Source of the DNA: a virus
Lineage: Duplodnaviria > Caudoviricetes
DNA: 64,000 nucleotides
Virus record (IMG/VR): IMGVR_UViG_3300048011_000285
Coordinates: 7,113 to 71,112 of that record
Strand: one strand, 5' to 3'
Both the position numbers and the translations under genes were made by a program. This document shows, piece by piece, positions 29,211-38,672 of the stretch. How positions within the stretch are numbered: position 1 is the first letter of the stretch; each line of letters begins with the position of its first letter. The notes under the pieces are model-generated. The model made no database searches. It was not told the DNA's origin and saw only the letters and a list, made by a program, of their open reading frames with translations.

Positions 29211-29810
29211 ATGTTACTTAAAAATTTTACAGGTGCAGACAAAATAGAGTTTTCTTTACATCAAGTAGATGAAAGCAATATAGTAGAATTCAAAGAATTC
29301 CTCGTTAAATGTGGCGAAGACGGCGGTCCTAATAATTCATCATTAAAAGCTATTAAGTTTTGTAAATGGGGATCAGAGGAAGCGTGGTGGTTCGTAAAAC
29401 ATAAAGATACTATTGTATCTATGTGCGGTGCGCATTATCTTCCTCATATATCTCCAAAATGCTATATGATAGCGTATCGTGTATATACTCTTAAAGCATG
29501 GAGAGACACCGCATCATCTACTAAAGACCATAAAATGCTTAATGAATTTCATCACGGTGCAGTACAACCGTTTGCAGTAGAATGGTGTTTATCACGTGGT
29601 GCCGACACAATTGTTACTACGGTGAATACTGAGAAGAACCTAGAACAAGATCCCAACGGATTAGATTACAAGTTTTCCAGAGTAGCAAGAATCGTATTTC
29701 CACGTGGAGGGAAATATACATTGCTACATAAAGACTTTCTGTTATATAACAAATATCAGGATGTATGGAAGCTGAACTACAAAGACTTTAGAACAATGGA
29801 ACCCCTATGA
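29211..29810 (+). CDS. Hypothetical protein, possible GNAT-fold acyltransferase
   Basis: Beta-strand pattern WWFVK..IVSMCG..YRVYTLKAWR resembles the GNAT core. Confidence 0.4.
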   Translation: MLLKNFTGADKIEFSLHQVDESNIVEFKEFLVKCGEDGGPNNSSLKAIKFCKWGSEEAWWFVKHKDTIVSMCGAHYLPHISPKCYMIAYRVYTLKAWRDTASSTKDHKMLNEFHHGAVQPFAVEWCLSRGADTIVTTVNTEKNLEQDPNGLDYKFSRVARIVFPRGGKYTLLHKDFLLYNKYQDVWKLNYKDFRTMEPL

Positions 29811-30958
29811 CTGTTTATATTGAAAACATATCCGCTTTTACACCGTTTGGCAATTTAGAACAAACCTGGAAATCTATTATCAATAATAAAATTGCGTATG
29901 GTCCTATAACTAAATTCGATCCAAATGCAAGTCGTTATACTAGAAGTAAAGTTGCAGGAGAGTTTCACTTCAATGCAGAAGAATATCCGATTATAACAGA
30001 AGCAGAACGTGATAGACTACCAGAGCATATGCAGTGGGCATTAGCATTATCAAGTGACTTGATTGGCGATAGAGAGCTACCAAGTGAAAGAACAAGTGTT
30101 ATTGTATCTCCGGGATTTTCCATGTACTTAGAAAGTCTAAGGGCAAACAGAGAAAATACAGACAATAGCTATACATTCTGTCCTAACATGATTGCACACA
30201 ATATCAATATCAAATATGGGTACACAGGACCTAGTACAATGACCATGAGTGCATGTAGTACAGGCATATACAGTATTATTCTAGGGTGTATGCTTATTGA
30301 AACAGGACAAGCAGATTATGTTATTGCTGGGTCAGTTGACCAATGTATCAGCGAAGATGCATTTAAACAGATGGGCAAATTACGTGCATTATCTACGAAG
30401 TATAATAGTAATCCCACTGTAGCAAGTAGACCTTGGGATAAAAAACGTGATGGTCTAGTTCTGAGTGAAGGCGGGGCGCTATTTTTGTTAACTAAAGAAA
30501 AAACAGAAAACACACTATGTGAAATAGAAAAGTATGTAATGACAAACGATGCGTATCAAGTTGTTGCGCCGCATCCTGAGGGTAAACATATTGAAAGATG
30601 TATGTCACAATGCATCGACAGTAAGCCAGATTTAATTAATGCACACGCAACATCCACACCTATGGGCGATGTTGTAGAGTTAGATGCAATTAATAGATTA
30701 GGTATGAAAGATGTCTACATAACTGCAAATAAATCACAACTTGGACATATGATGGGCGCTGCTGGTGCAGTAGAGACAGCAATAAGTGCCATGAGTTTAG
30801 TTAATAACACTATAACACCATCACTAAATATTGATATACTAGAAGATAGATATAAACCAAAGTATGTGACTACTGCAACAAAACATGGCATAAATTCTGT
30901 TCTATGTAATAGCTTTGGATTTGGTGGCACTAATGCAAGTATACTATTAACAAAATGA
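29807..30958 (+). CDS. fabF: Beta-ketoacyl-ACP synthase II
   Basis: Catalytic C-H-H: SACST, AHATST, GHMMGAAG; RDGLVLSEG; NSFGFGGTN. Confidence 0.9.
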   Translation: MTVYIENISAFTPFGNLEQTWKSIINNKIAYGPITKFDPNASRYTRSKVAGEFHFNAEEYPIITEAERDRLPEHMQWALALSSDLIGDRELPSERTSVIVSPGFSMYLESLRANRENTDNSYTFCPNMIAHNINIKYGYTGPSTMTMSACSTGIYSIILGCMLIETGQADYVIAGSVDQCISEDAFKQMGKLRALSTKYNSNPTVASRPWDKKRDGLVLSEGGALFLLTKEKTENTLCEIEKYVMTNDAYQVVAPHPEGKHIERCMSQCIDSKPDLINAHATSTPMGDVVELDAINRLGMKDVYITANKSQLGHMMGAAGAVETAISAMSLVNNTITPSLNIDILEDRYKPKYVTTATKHGINSVLCNSFGFGGTNASILLTK

Positions 30959-31353
30959 CATTTCAAGATTTATTTAAAAACAACCCTAACATATGGATGC
31001 CAATAGCAGACATGTTAGACAATGTTTTAACATCAGGGATAAACGATAGATTTACACGCGCTGAACGTGAATACATGTTTGCACACTTTTCAAAAGAAAA
31101 TAGTTGCGACTTTTGCTATGAACATCATATAGATTTCGCATATGATTTAGGTTATAACAATAGTATTACAGTCAAAGACTTGATGGACGAAGACGCATTA
31201 GAAAATATATTTTGGATCAAAAATATTGCACTGTTAGTCAATACTGCGATAAAAGAGTATGATATAAAACAAATTAATTCAGAAAATAAAAAACTGAAGA
31301 ATACAACTATAAAAGAATACGGTTATAACTATAAAAAGAATATACGGAGTTAA
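30955..31353 (+). CDS. AhpD/carboxymuconolactone-decarboxylase-like protein
   Basis: RE..F..FS..NSCDFCYEHH (CxxCxxxH). Confidence 0.6.
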   Translation: MTFQDLFKNNPNIWMPIADMLDNVLTSGINDRFTRAEREYMFAHFSKENSCDFCYEHHIDFAYDLGYNNSITVKDLMDEDALENIFWIKNIALLVNTAIKEYDIKQINSENKKLKNTTIKEYGYNYKKNIRS

Positions 31354-31355
31354 AA

Positions 31356-32081
31356 ATGAAAAACATAGGCATCGATAACTTAAATGAAGTTATAGAAAAT
31401 CTAATTTATTTACCTCTCAATATCAGTAATCCACCTGAAGGATGCATTGACGGGATAGAAGAAATAACAGATGACATGATGAAGTGGGACGAATTCAGAT
31501 CCTGTAACCTTATCCCCCTTGCTATCGACTACAGAGAAAAAGATGTCATTGAATGGGTGCCAAAATTTATTGATAAATTTCCAAAACTAAAGACTTGGCT
31601 AGAACAAGAAGTTTTTACTAAGGTAGGTTTTGGTAGAACACTGATAATCGTTACAGACCCAGATGAAACAAATGCTCCCCATATAGATGCGGCGCGGGAT
31701 ACATTCGTAGATATATTAAATCATAAACTGCGATATGTATTACAAGGAAACGTAAGTGACTTAGTTTTCATTTCTAAGGATAATACGACTGTTATCCCAG
31801 AAATCGACAAACCTTATATTATGAATGGTAAGTGGCCACATATGATGCACAATACATACGATAAAAGAAAATACACATTAGCTATTGGTGCACCTTGGGA
31901 GCCAAGCATTGACGATGAACAATATAGAAACCTAATAACAGATGCTTATAGTAAATTTAATAAAAATTATATTGGGTCAACTGGCATTGAGCTACCAGAA
32001 AACTGGAAGGAAATGTTTGAGGACTATGATAAAAATAAATCAAACCATGTCGATGCCAAAGATTTTATTGAAAAAACTTGA
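31356..32081 (+). CDS. Fe(II)/2OG-type DSBH oxygenase-like protein
   Basis: PHID...PHMMHN...RKY (HxD...H...R). Confidence 0.55.
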   Translation: MKNIGIDNLNEVIENLIYLPLNISNPPEGCIDGIEEITDDMMKWDEFRSCNLIPLAIDYREKDVIEWVPKFIDKFPKLKTWLEQEVFTKVGFGRTLIIVTDPDETNAPHIDAARDTFVDILNHKLRYVLQGNVSDLVFISKDNTTVIPEIDKPYIMNGKWPHMMHNTYDKRKYTLAIGAPWEPSIDDEQYRNLITDAYSKFNKNYIGSTGIELPENWKEMFEDYDKNKSNHVDAKDFIEKT

Positions 32082-32105
32082 CAAAATCTATAACTATGCT
32101 ATACT
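32078..32105 (+). promoter_or_regulatory. Sigma70-type promoter
   Basis: TTGACA-16-TATACT with extended TG. Confidence 0.6.
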
Positions 32106-32137
32106 AGTATAGTAGTTGGAAATAAAGGACGAATCAT

Positions 32138-32578
32138 ATGGAAAATGAAGAACTAGATGAATTAATAAAAACTTATATTTACGAAAGTCCGGACAAAGAA
32201 GTTTCAACATCTGATAGTTGGGTAGATACATCTGATTATCATATTGACACAGTAGATAATACAATAGATTTATCTGGTATTCTGACAAGTAGTAATACCG
32301 GTACTATTACCGGTAATAGTACCGGTACTATTACCCTTAATTCAAACCATATTACAGCAGATACATTTGAAGATTTTAATGATATAAGTTTAGACGTTAA
32401 TGGCAAAACACGAAAAATTTCAGAGTTGTTTACTATTGTAGATGCAATTGAGAAACGTCTTGGTGTCTTACAGCCAGATCCGAAACTATTAGAAAAATAC
32501 GAAGTACTTCAAGGATTGTATGAACAATACAAAGCGGCAGAAGCAATGCTATATGAAGATGATACAGAAGAAGAATGA
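32138..32578 (+). CDS. Conserved phage hypothetical protein
   Basis: Low-complexity T/S region then IEKRLGVL.P..LLEKY..L..LYEQYK. Confidence 0.65.
   Translation: MENEELDELIKTYIYESPDKEVSTSDSWVDTSDYHIDTVDNTIDLSGILTSSNTGTITGNSTGTITLNSNHITADTFEDFNDISLDVNGKTRKISELFTIVDAIEKRLGVLQPDPKLLEKYEVLQGLYEQYKAAEAMLYEDDTEEE
32296..32335. repeat. Inverted triplication / overlapping perfect palindromes
   Basis: GGTACTATTACC-GGTAATAGTACC-GGTACTATTACC; 32 bp perfect palindrome at 32296-32327. Confidence 0.9.
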
Positions 32579-32706
32579 TACCTGAATTCGAAATAGTTGA
32601 TAACTGGGACGAAATGTTTGAGGACTATGAAAAGGTAATACATACAGCTATATCTGATTATTGGAAAAAGATGCTCCAAAAGAGTTTTAAACACTTGACA
32701 AACTGA
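32575..32706 (+). CDS. Small ORF (43 aa), possible remnant paralogous to the 3' end of 31356..32081
   Basis: DNWDEMFEDYEK vs ENWKEMFEDYDK; 20 bp identical DNA. Confidence 0.4.
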   Translation: MIPEFEIVDNWDEMFEDYEKVIHTAISDYWKKMLQKSFKHLTN

Positions 32707-32723
32707 AACGCAGATGCTATATT
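32695..32723 (+). promoter_or_regulatory. Sigma70-type promoter
   Basis: TTGACA-17-TATATT with extended TG. Confidence 0.7.
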
Positions 32724-32755
32724 ATTAGAGTAAGTTAGACAAAAAGGCGAATCAT

Positions 32756-34093
32756 ATGCAAATCGAACCTAAGAAAATTGTAACAGAAGACGATTTTAAC
32801 TCTGTGCTAGATGATCTACTCAAAGAAAATGGTATCGAGGTTGATGAAAATTCAGAAGAGCCTGTAGTATTCGAATACACTGATCAAGAAGTTAAAGAAA
32901 TGATTGTATCAGGTCGTGTTCGCATGTTGATTAAGCATCCGTTTTTCGGTACTCTCGCTACACGACTGAAACTAGTCGAAGCTGAGTGGTGTCCTACTGC
33001 CGCAGTTGATGGTAAACACTTCTATTATAACTGTGATTTCTTTCGCACACTAACTAGTGAAGAAATTGACTTTGTTGTAGGCCATGAAGTATTTCATTGT
33101 GTATATGAACACTGTGGTGAAAATGGTCGTCTGATGGATTATAAAGATGAAAATCGTGATCCTAAGCTATGGAATATTGCTGCTGATTATAAAGTTAATC
33201 AAGGTTGTGTAGAAGCTAAAATCGGTACAATGCCTAAGATGGCATTGTTTGATCGTAAGTATTACAAATCATACACTGAAGAGATTTATGCTGATCTATT
33301 TCAACAGAAAAAAGATGGGAAAGACTTTAGCGGCACTGAAACGCTTGATGAACATATGTTCGGAGATGGTGAAGGTTCTGATAAAGACGGCAAGAATGAT
33401 CCTACTGGTCGTAAAGCACCTATCAAAATTTCTAAGGAAGAAGCAAAAGCTATCAAGGATCAGATGAAACAAGCTGTTCTGCAAGCTGCACAATCATCGG
33501 GTGCAGGCAATCTGCCGGGTGATATCAAACGTATCATCAAAGATATGACAGAACCAAAGATGGATTGGCGTGAGCATTTGAACCTAGCAGTTCAATCATC
33601 ACTCAAATCTGACTTCACATGGATGCGCCAATCTCGCAAGTCACGTTCACTTGGTATCTATCTACCGGGGACTGACAACGACTATCAAGTTGACGCTGCG
33701 ATTGGTATTGATGTTTCGGGCTCTATCTCACACGATATGATACGTGATTTTATGGGAGAAATCTCAGGCATCATGGATCAGTTTCAAGATTTTCGTTTGC
33801 GTGTATGGACTTTCGATACTCAAGTGTATACAGAATCATACAAAGAATTCACCCCTATGAATGCTGATGAAATCAAAGATTATGAAATCATTGGTTGTGG
33901 CGGCACTGATTTTGAATGTAACTACAACTTCATGGAAGAAAACGATATTGTTCCTGACAAATTCATTATGTTTACAGATGGTTATCCGTTTGGTTCATGG
34001 GGCAATGAAGCATACTGTGATTCACTATTCGTAATTCATGGATCAAATCATATCATCCCACCGTTCGGTGACCATACATACTACTCTAACTAA
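32756..34093 (+). CDS. DUF2201-like metallopeptidase plus C-terminal vWA domain (MoxR partner)
   Basis: HEVFH (HExxH), WNIAAD, MIDAS DVSGS, GGTDF, FTDGY. Confidence 0.88.
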   Translation: MQIEPKKIVTEDDFNSVLDDLLKENGIEVDENSEEPVVFEYTDQEVKEMIVSGRVRMLIKHPFFGTLATRLKLVEAEWCPTAAVDGKHFYYNCDFFRTLTSEEIDFVVGHEVFHCVYEHCGENGRLMDYKDENRDPKLWNIAADYKVNQGCVEAKIGTMPKMALFDRKYYKSYTEEIYADLFQQKKDGKDFSGTETLDEHMFGDGEGSDKDGKNDPTGRKAPIKISKEEAKAIKDQMKQAVLQAAQSSGAGNLPGDIKRIIKDMTEPKMDWREHLNLAVQSSLKSDFTWMRQSRKSRSLGIYLPGTDNDYQVDAAIGIDVSGSISHDMIRDFMGEISGIMDQFQDFRLRVWTFDTQVYTESYKEFTPMNADEIKDYEIIGCGGTDFECNYNFMEENDIVPDKFIMFTDGYPFGSWGNEAYCDSLFVIHGSNHIIPPFGDHTYYSN

Positions 34094-34109
34094 AAGTATA
34101 AATATCACT

Positions 34110-34649
34110 ATGAGCGATACACTACTCTTGAATGCCGACGGGGCGCCTTTGAGCATCACTCCACTTTCAACCCTCACGTGGCAAGAAAGTATCAAACTTA
34201 TCTGGCTAGATAAAATAAATGTCCTAGAATGGCATGAAGATTGGGAGGTTCGATCTCCCAATCATACTTTGCTTGTACCAGCAGTCATATCAGTACGCGA
34301 CTATGTTAAGAGTGCAGGTGACGTTAATTTCTCTCGTAAGAATATCTTTATAAGAGATAATCACAAATGTCAGTACTGCTTAGAGACATTCAAAACATCG
34401 GAACTTACCCTAGACCACGTTATTCCTAGATCCAGAGGTGGAAAAACAAGTTGGACAAACATCGTAAGTGCATGTAAAAAATGTAATCATGCAAAAGCAA
34501 ACAGAATGGATATTCGACCAGTAAGGATGCCGAAACAACCTAATCTTTATCAGATGATCGGAAATAAGAATTTTACACTATCAATTAGATATGAAATCTG
34601 GCTTAAATACCTTAACTGGCCAGAAGAATTTGTTCGCAGAGTAGCATAA
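34110..34649 (+). CDS. HNH endonuclease
   Basis: RDNHKCQYC, TLDHVIPRSRGG, WTNIVSACKKCN; TATAAATA at 34097. Confidence 0.92.
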   Translation: MSDTLLLNADGAPLSITPLSTLTWQESIKLIWLDKINVLEWHEDWEVRSPNHTLLVPAVISVRDYVKSAGDVNFSRKNIFIRDNHKCQYCLETFKTSELTLDHVIPRSRGGKTSWTNIVSACKKCNHAKANRMDIRPVRMPKQPNLYQMIGNKNFTLSIRYEIWLKYLNWPEEFVRRVA

Positions 34650-34662
34650 CAACAAAAAAGTG

Positions 34663-34691
34663 TTGACAATCACAAAATAATTTAGTATAAT
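34663..34691 (+). promoter_or_regulatory. Consensus sigma70 promoter
   Basis: TTGACA-17-TATAAT exact. Confidence 0.8.
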
Positions 34692-34763
34692 AGTATTATG
34701 ATTAGATATGTTCTATTCATATTATATATAATTAAATGACATCAACCTATAGGAGAATATAAA

Positions 34764-35003
34764 ATGTCAGAAGAAACTCAAGTAGAAGCACAAGCTGAAG
34801 CTCCAGCAGTAACAGTTAATGATTTGGCTAACGTATATGCAGTAATCGATCTTGCATCAAAGCGTGGTGCATTTCAAGCTGGTGAACTTTCAGCAGTAGG
34901 CGCAGTTGCTAATAAAATCAAATCATTTATTGATTTTGTACAAGCACAACAGGCAGAGCAGGCAGAGGGCGAAGCACCAGCAGAAGCTCCTGCAGAAGGT
35001 TAA
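34764..35003 (+). CDS. Conserved phage hypothetical protein
   Basis: IDLASKRGAF motif; AGGAG RBS. Confidence 0.7.
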   Translation: MSEETQVEAQAEAPAVTVNDLANVYAVIDLASKRGAFQAGELSAVGAVANKIKSFIDFVQAQQAEQAEGEAPAEAPAEG

Positions 35004-35006
35004 GTA

Positions 35007-35645
35007 ATGGCTTTTCTAAAACATGTCGGTAGACACGAAGGTACCGGACAACGTTTGAGTGTTGTCTTCCTTCAGCTACCAGATGATAAAGAAAACGCAC
35101 TTGTTGTGTATAGTGATTCATTACCGGATCGATACCATGATGATTTCATGCAGGCGGTAGAATCACCAGAAGGACAAGCATCAGCAAACTTGTATGAAGT
35201 ACTGGGTCGTAAAGTATTCTGGCATGGTACTACTATGTTAGAGACATTACACAAAGAAGGACATTTAGTAAAGATTCCAACAGGGTCAATTATCATGACA
35301 CCTAACTCTAATACTAATGTTCCGCTAAATGATATTCTTGCACAAATGGATACCGATGAAATCGAAATCCCAGCAACGAATGATACAACACAAACTCCAG
35401 CAGATTCACAAGTTGATGCAAATGTAGCAGAATCGCAACAAGACGAGAACAAAGCTATTGCACAAAATCTTATGATTCAAGCAAATCTTCTACAACAAGA
35501 TGCAGATGCAAAACGTAAGGAAGCATACACATATGATCCTTCGCTTGCACCAAAGACAGAAGCAAAGCCGAAAGTACGTGTTACTAAAGCTAAAACATCA
35601 GACGCACCAAAGAAGCGTGGTCGTCCGAAGAAGTCTGAGGCGTAA
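35007..35645 (+). CDS. Hypothetical protein with C-terminal AT-hook-like KRGRP
   Basis: 212 aa ORF ending KKRGRPKK. Confidence 0.65.
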   Translation: MAFLKHVGRHEGTGQRLSVVFLQLPDDKENALVVYSDSLPDRYHDDFMQAVESPEGQASANLYEVLGRKVFWHGTTMLETLHKEGHLVKIPTGSIIMTPNSNTNVPLNDILAQMDTDEIEIPATNDTTQTPADSQVDANVAESQQDENKAIAQNLMIQANLLQQDADAKRKEAYTYDPSLAPKTEAKPKVRVTKAKTSDAPKKRGRPKKSEA

Positions 35646-35918
35646 ATGTCAATAAAGCGTAATAGTATACTAGATCGTATTAAGCAGGAACGTGAACGTC
35701 AAGTTGATATTCCTGGTAGCGAATTCGATGCAAACAACTCTCCGAATGATTGGATTGCGATTGCAACTTATTATCTTGCGCAAGAGACTAGACGTGCTAC
35801 TATGCTTGAAGCACCAAGTTCGTATGATTTCGAAAAAGAACTAATCAAGGCGGCGGCAGTTATTGTCGCCGCTCTTGAACATACAGAAGTAATGAAAGAC
35901 AACGATGGGTTATCGTAA
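35646..35918 (+). CDS. Hypothetical protein (MazG-like helical pattern)
   Basis: ERERQ...KELIKAAAVIVAALE. Confidence 0.5.
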   Translation: MSIKRNSILDRIKQERERQVDIPGSEFDANNSPNDWIAIATYYLAQETRRATMLEAPSSYDFEKELIKAAAVIVAALEHTEVMKDNDGLS

Positions 35919-36235
35919 TGGAATTTGATAGAGACGGTGAGTTTGATAGACTAATGGAAGAAATCTTCCCTATGAGTATCCCAGCACAGTTTGTTAAGTC
36001 AATCATTGTTAAGATGAAAAATGGTCAAGACATTGAGCTAACTGGAGATGAACTACTGCATCCACTGCCGATGGCAGAGAATATGGGGTGGGATAAACTT
36101 GCATCACACTTCGAACAAATTGATGATATCGAAGTACAAATTGATGTAGATGGTATCAAAGAAAGTGTAGTTACAAACGTACAAACTATTCTTTCAAATC
36201 ATTTCAATGATGAATCGGGGAAAACAATTGGTTAG
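35918..36235 (+). CDS. Hypothetical protein
   Basis: 105 aa acidic ORF, translationally coupled. Confidence 0.6.
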   Translation: MEFDRDGEFDRLMEEIFPMSIPAQFVKSIIVKMKNGQDIELTGDELLHPLPMAENMGWDKLASHFEQIDDIEVQIDVDGIKESVVTNVQTILSNHFNDESGKTIG

Positions 36236-36743
36236 TATGATTTTTGCCTGTGATAAAGCAGGGGGCATTGGTTTTAAAAACGGTCTTCCTTGGCCTCATA
36301 TATCAGAAGATTTACAACATTTTAAACATATAACTGAAGACAACGTAGTAGTTATGGGTAGCAATACTTGGAACAGTCTTGGTGGTCTAGCACCACTTAA
36401 AGGTCGTATTAACTATGTGATTACTGCGAATGACTTGTCAAATTTCACAGGAGCTTTTGACTGCTATAACTATACACAGTACTCAATGGAAAACATTATT
36501 ACTGCAATTGATTTTAGGCATCCAGGTAAGGAAACTATTATCATTGGCGGTAAGAAAATTTATGATGAAGCATACAAATATTGTAGTACAATATACATGA
36601 CAAGGATTATGGATACATATAAATGTGATACAGTAGTAGATGTTGATATGTATCTAGATAATTTTGCATGTCGTTCTACACGTGCCGAGATAGGTAATCA
36701 GCATAAACCATCCATTTCAATTGAACGTTGGGAAAGAACATGA
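36228..36743 (+). CDS. folA: Dihydrofolate reductase
   Basis: GIG..NGLPW..SEDL.HFK.IT, VMG..TW.S, PLKGR, IGG. Confidence 0.92.
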   Translation: MVSMIFACDKAGGIGFKNGLPWPHISEDLQHFKHITEDNVVVMGSNTWNSLGGLAPLKGRINYVITANDLSNFTGAFDCYNYTQYSMENIITAIDFRHPGKETIIIGGKKIYDEAYKYCSTIYMTRIMDTYKCDTVVDVDMYLDNFACRSTRAEIGNQHKPSISIERWERT

Positions 36744-37615
36744 GTAGTCACAACTGGAACGAAGATATGTACCTAGACTTATTGCACACTGTGTTACATA
36801 CAGGTGAGCAACGAGGACAAGAACGTACAGGAGTTGGTACACGGGCACGATTTATGTCATGGTTAGATTTTGACTTGCGCCTTGGGTTTCCGCTACTAAC
36901 AACTAAGAAAGTAGCTTTCAAAAGTGTACTAAGTGAACTTCTATGGTTTATCGAAGGTTCACAGAATGAACGTAGACTAGCAGAAATTCATTACGGCAAA
37001 CCGCGTACTGAATTGAGAGACAAGAAAACTATTTGGACTGCTAATGCAGACAACCAAGGTAAAGCACTTGGTCATTACAACAGTGAAGATAATAAAGACT
37101 TAGGTCCCGTCTATGGTGTACAATGGCGCAACTGGAACGGAGTAGATCAATTAGCTAATCTCATTGAAGGGATTAAAAATGATCCTCAGGGACGTAGACA
37201 TATTTTAAGTGCTTGGAATGTATCTGACTTAGATCAGATGGCTCTGCCACCGTGTCATACTATGTCACAGTTTTATGTGAATAACGAAGGTGAACTAAGC
37301 TGTAATCTATATCAACGTAGTGCAGACTTGTTCTTAGGTGTTCCATTTAACATTGCAAGCTATGCTCTATTAACACATATGATTGCACACGTTTGCGGAT
37401 TGAAAGTTGGGGATTACTATCACACTATTGGTGATGGTCACATCTATAATAATCACGTAGATGCAGTTAACGAACAACTAACACGTGAAGCTACGAAGTT
37501 TCCTAAACTAAAGATTATCGGTGAGCATAAATCTATTGATGATTTTACTATGGATAGTTTCGAGATTGTGGGTTACGATCCACTTCCATTCATTAAAGCG
37601 CCAATGGCAATCTAA
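36740..37615 (+). CDS. thyA: Thymidylate synthase
   Basis: RTGVGT, ELLWF, YGVQWR, MALPPCH, YQRSAD.FLGVPFN, HIY.NH. Confidence 0.97.
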   Translation: MSSHNWNEDMYLDLLHTVLHTGEQRGQERTGVGTRARFMSWLDFDLRLGFPLLTTKKVAFKSVLSELLWFIEGSQNERRLAEIHYGKPRTELRDKKTIWTANADNQGKALGHYNSEDNKDLGPVYGVQWRNWNGVDQLANLIEGIKNDPQGRRHILSAWNVSDLDQMALPPCHTMSQFYVNNEGELSCNLYQRSADLFLGVPFNIASYALLTHMIAHVCGLKVGDYYHTIGDGHIYNNHVDAVNEQLTREATKFPKLKIIGEHKSIDDFTMDSFEIVGYDPLPFIKAPMAI

Positions 37616-37616
37616 T

Positions 37617-38672
37617 TTATTCTACTAAATTTAGACCGTCTATAACATCCCCATCAATGACCATATCAACAGGATGTTTTTCACCATAGAATTCATTCTG
37701 TTCCCAACACTGGTCTTCTTCATTCCAATCAAACCAAGGGCTAACTGCTAATACGTAGTTAGTCCTTTTGTATCCTGGCATTGGCTTTGCTACATATGGA
37801 CGATGCGTCACATATGTATCCCAAACATACCAATTTCCGGGAGTAAATGACTTTGTTCCATAATCTTCAATTTCGATACCATATGCATTCTCTGGATTAT
37901 CAAGTGCTAAATTTATACGAAGTTCGTAAAACCAGCTTTCATCTCTGTGCCATAGGAATTTGTTTGCAGTCTCTTGTGTTGCTTTATCATCGATGCCTTT
38001 AATCTGCGCAATGCGACTACGCACCGGAGAGGACTTAATTCTGTCCCTGAGTGTGCCTAAATATTCATGCCCAGAACATTCACTCCAATTTCTAAATCCC
38101 CATGTGTCTGGGTACGTGTCTTTGTTGATGCGTTCGCCCACGTCTTTTCTATCTTCATGCGTAGATAAAAGTTCATTTAGTACAGTATCATCAATTATAC
38201 CATGTTGATGTAAATATCTAAACCCATGATGCATCCCAAACTCCTGGGTCTCACTCCACAAGTCTTTATCTAGACGTTTTTCCATAATCTTTTCAAATAA
38301 TGAAAAGTTCTTCATAAACAGTTCATCTGGAATGTTATTTCTAGGATACCCTAATGTCTGTGCATTCTTTGGAATATTGTCATATCTATATGTAGGATTA
38401 GTCACCAAACTCAATCCACCATAGTTAGAACTTCTAGCAAATTTACCTTGATATATGTTTAGAAACCCATACCAACCATACTTTACGAATGCGTCTTCGA
38501 TACTATCTCTTAGCGTGTCCACATCTAATTTCGTATCTTCAAATTCGAACAATACACCTTCTTTGCTTGGTTTCATTGTTTTAGCATATTTGTCAGTATC
38601 CAGAGTTTCTGCAATCCAGGCATGGACTGCTTTTCTATCTGGACAATCTTTTATGTAAAATCTTTTCTTCAT
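37617..38672 (-). CDS. Hypothetical protein, DSBH/Fe-2OG oxygenase-like C-terminus
   Basis: WHRD...YVWDT...HRP...RTN pattern. Confidence 0.5.
   Translation of the reverse strand: MKKRFYIKDCPDRKAVHAWIAETLDTDKYAKTMKPSKEGVLFEFEDTKLDVDTLRDSIEDAFVKYGWYGFLNIYQGKFARSSNYGGLSLVTNPTYRYDNIPKNAQTLGYPRNNIPDELFMKNFSLFEKIMEKRLDKDLWSETQEFGMHHGFRYLHQHGIIDDTVLNELLSTHEDRKDVGERINKDTYPDTWGFRNWSECSGHEYLGTLRDRIKSSPVRSRIAQIKGIDDKATQETANKFLWHRDESWFYELRINLALDNPENAYGIEIEDYGTKSFTPGNWYVWDTYVTHRPYVAKPMPGYKRTNYVLAVSPWFDWNEEDQCWEQNEFYGEKHPVDMVIDGDVIDGLNLVE

Noticed and set aside
34110-34649. HNH as a mobile homing element
   Set aside because: Free-standing McrA-like HNH with no interrupted gene or intron features visible
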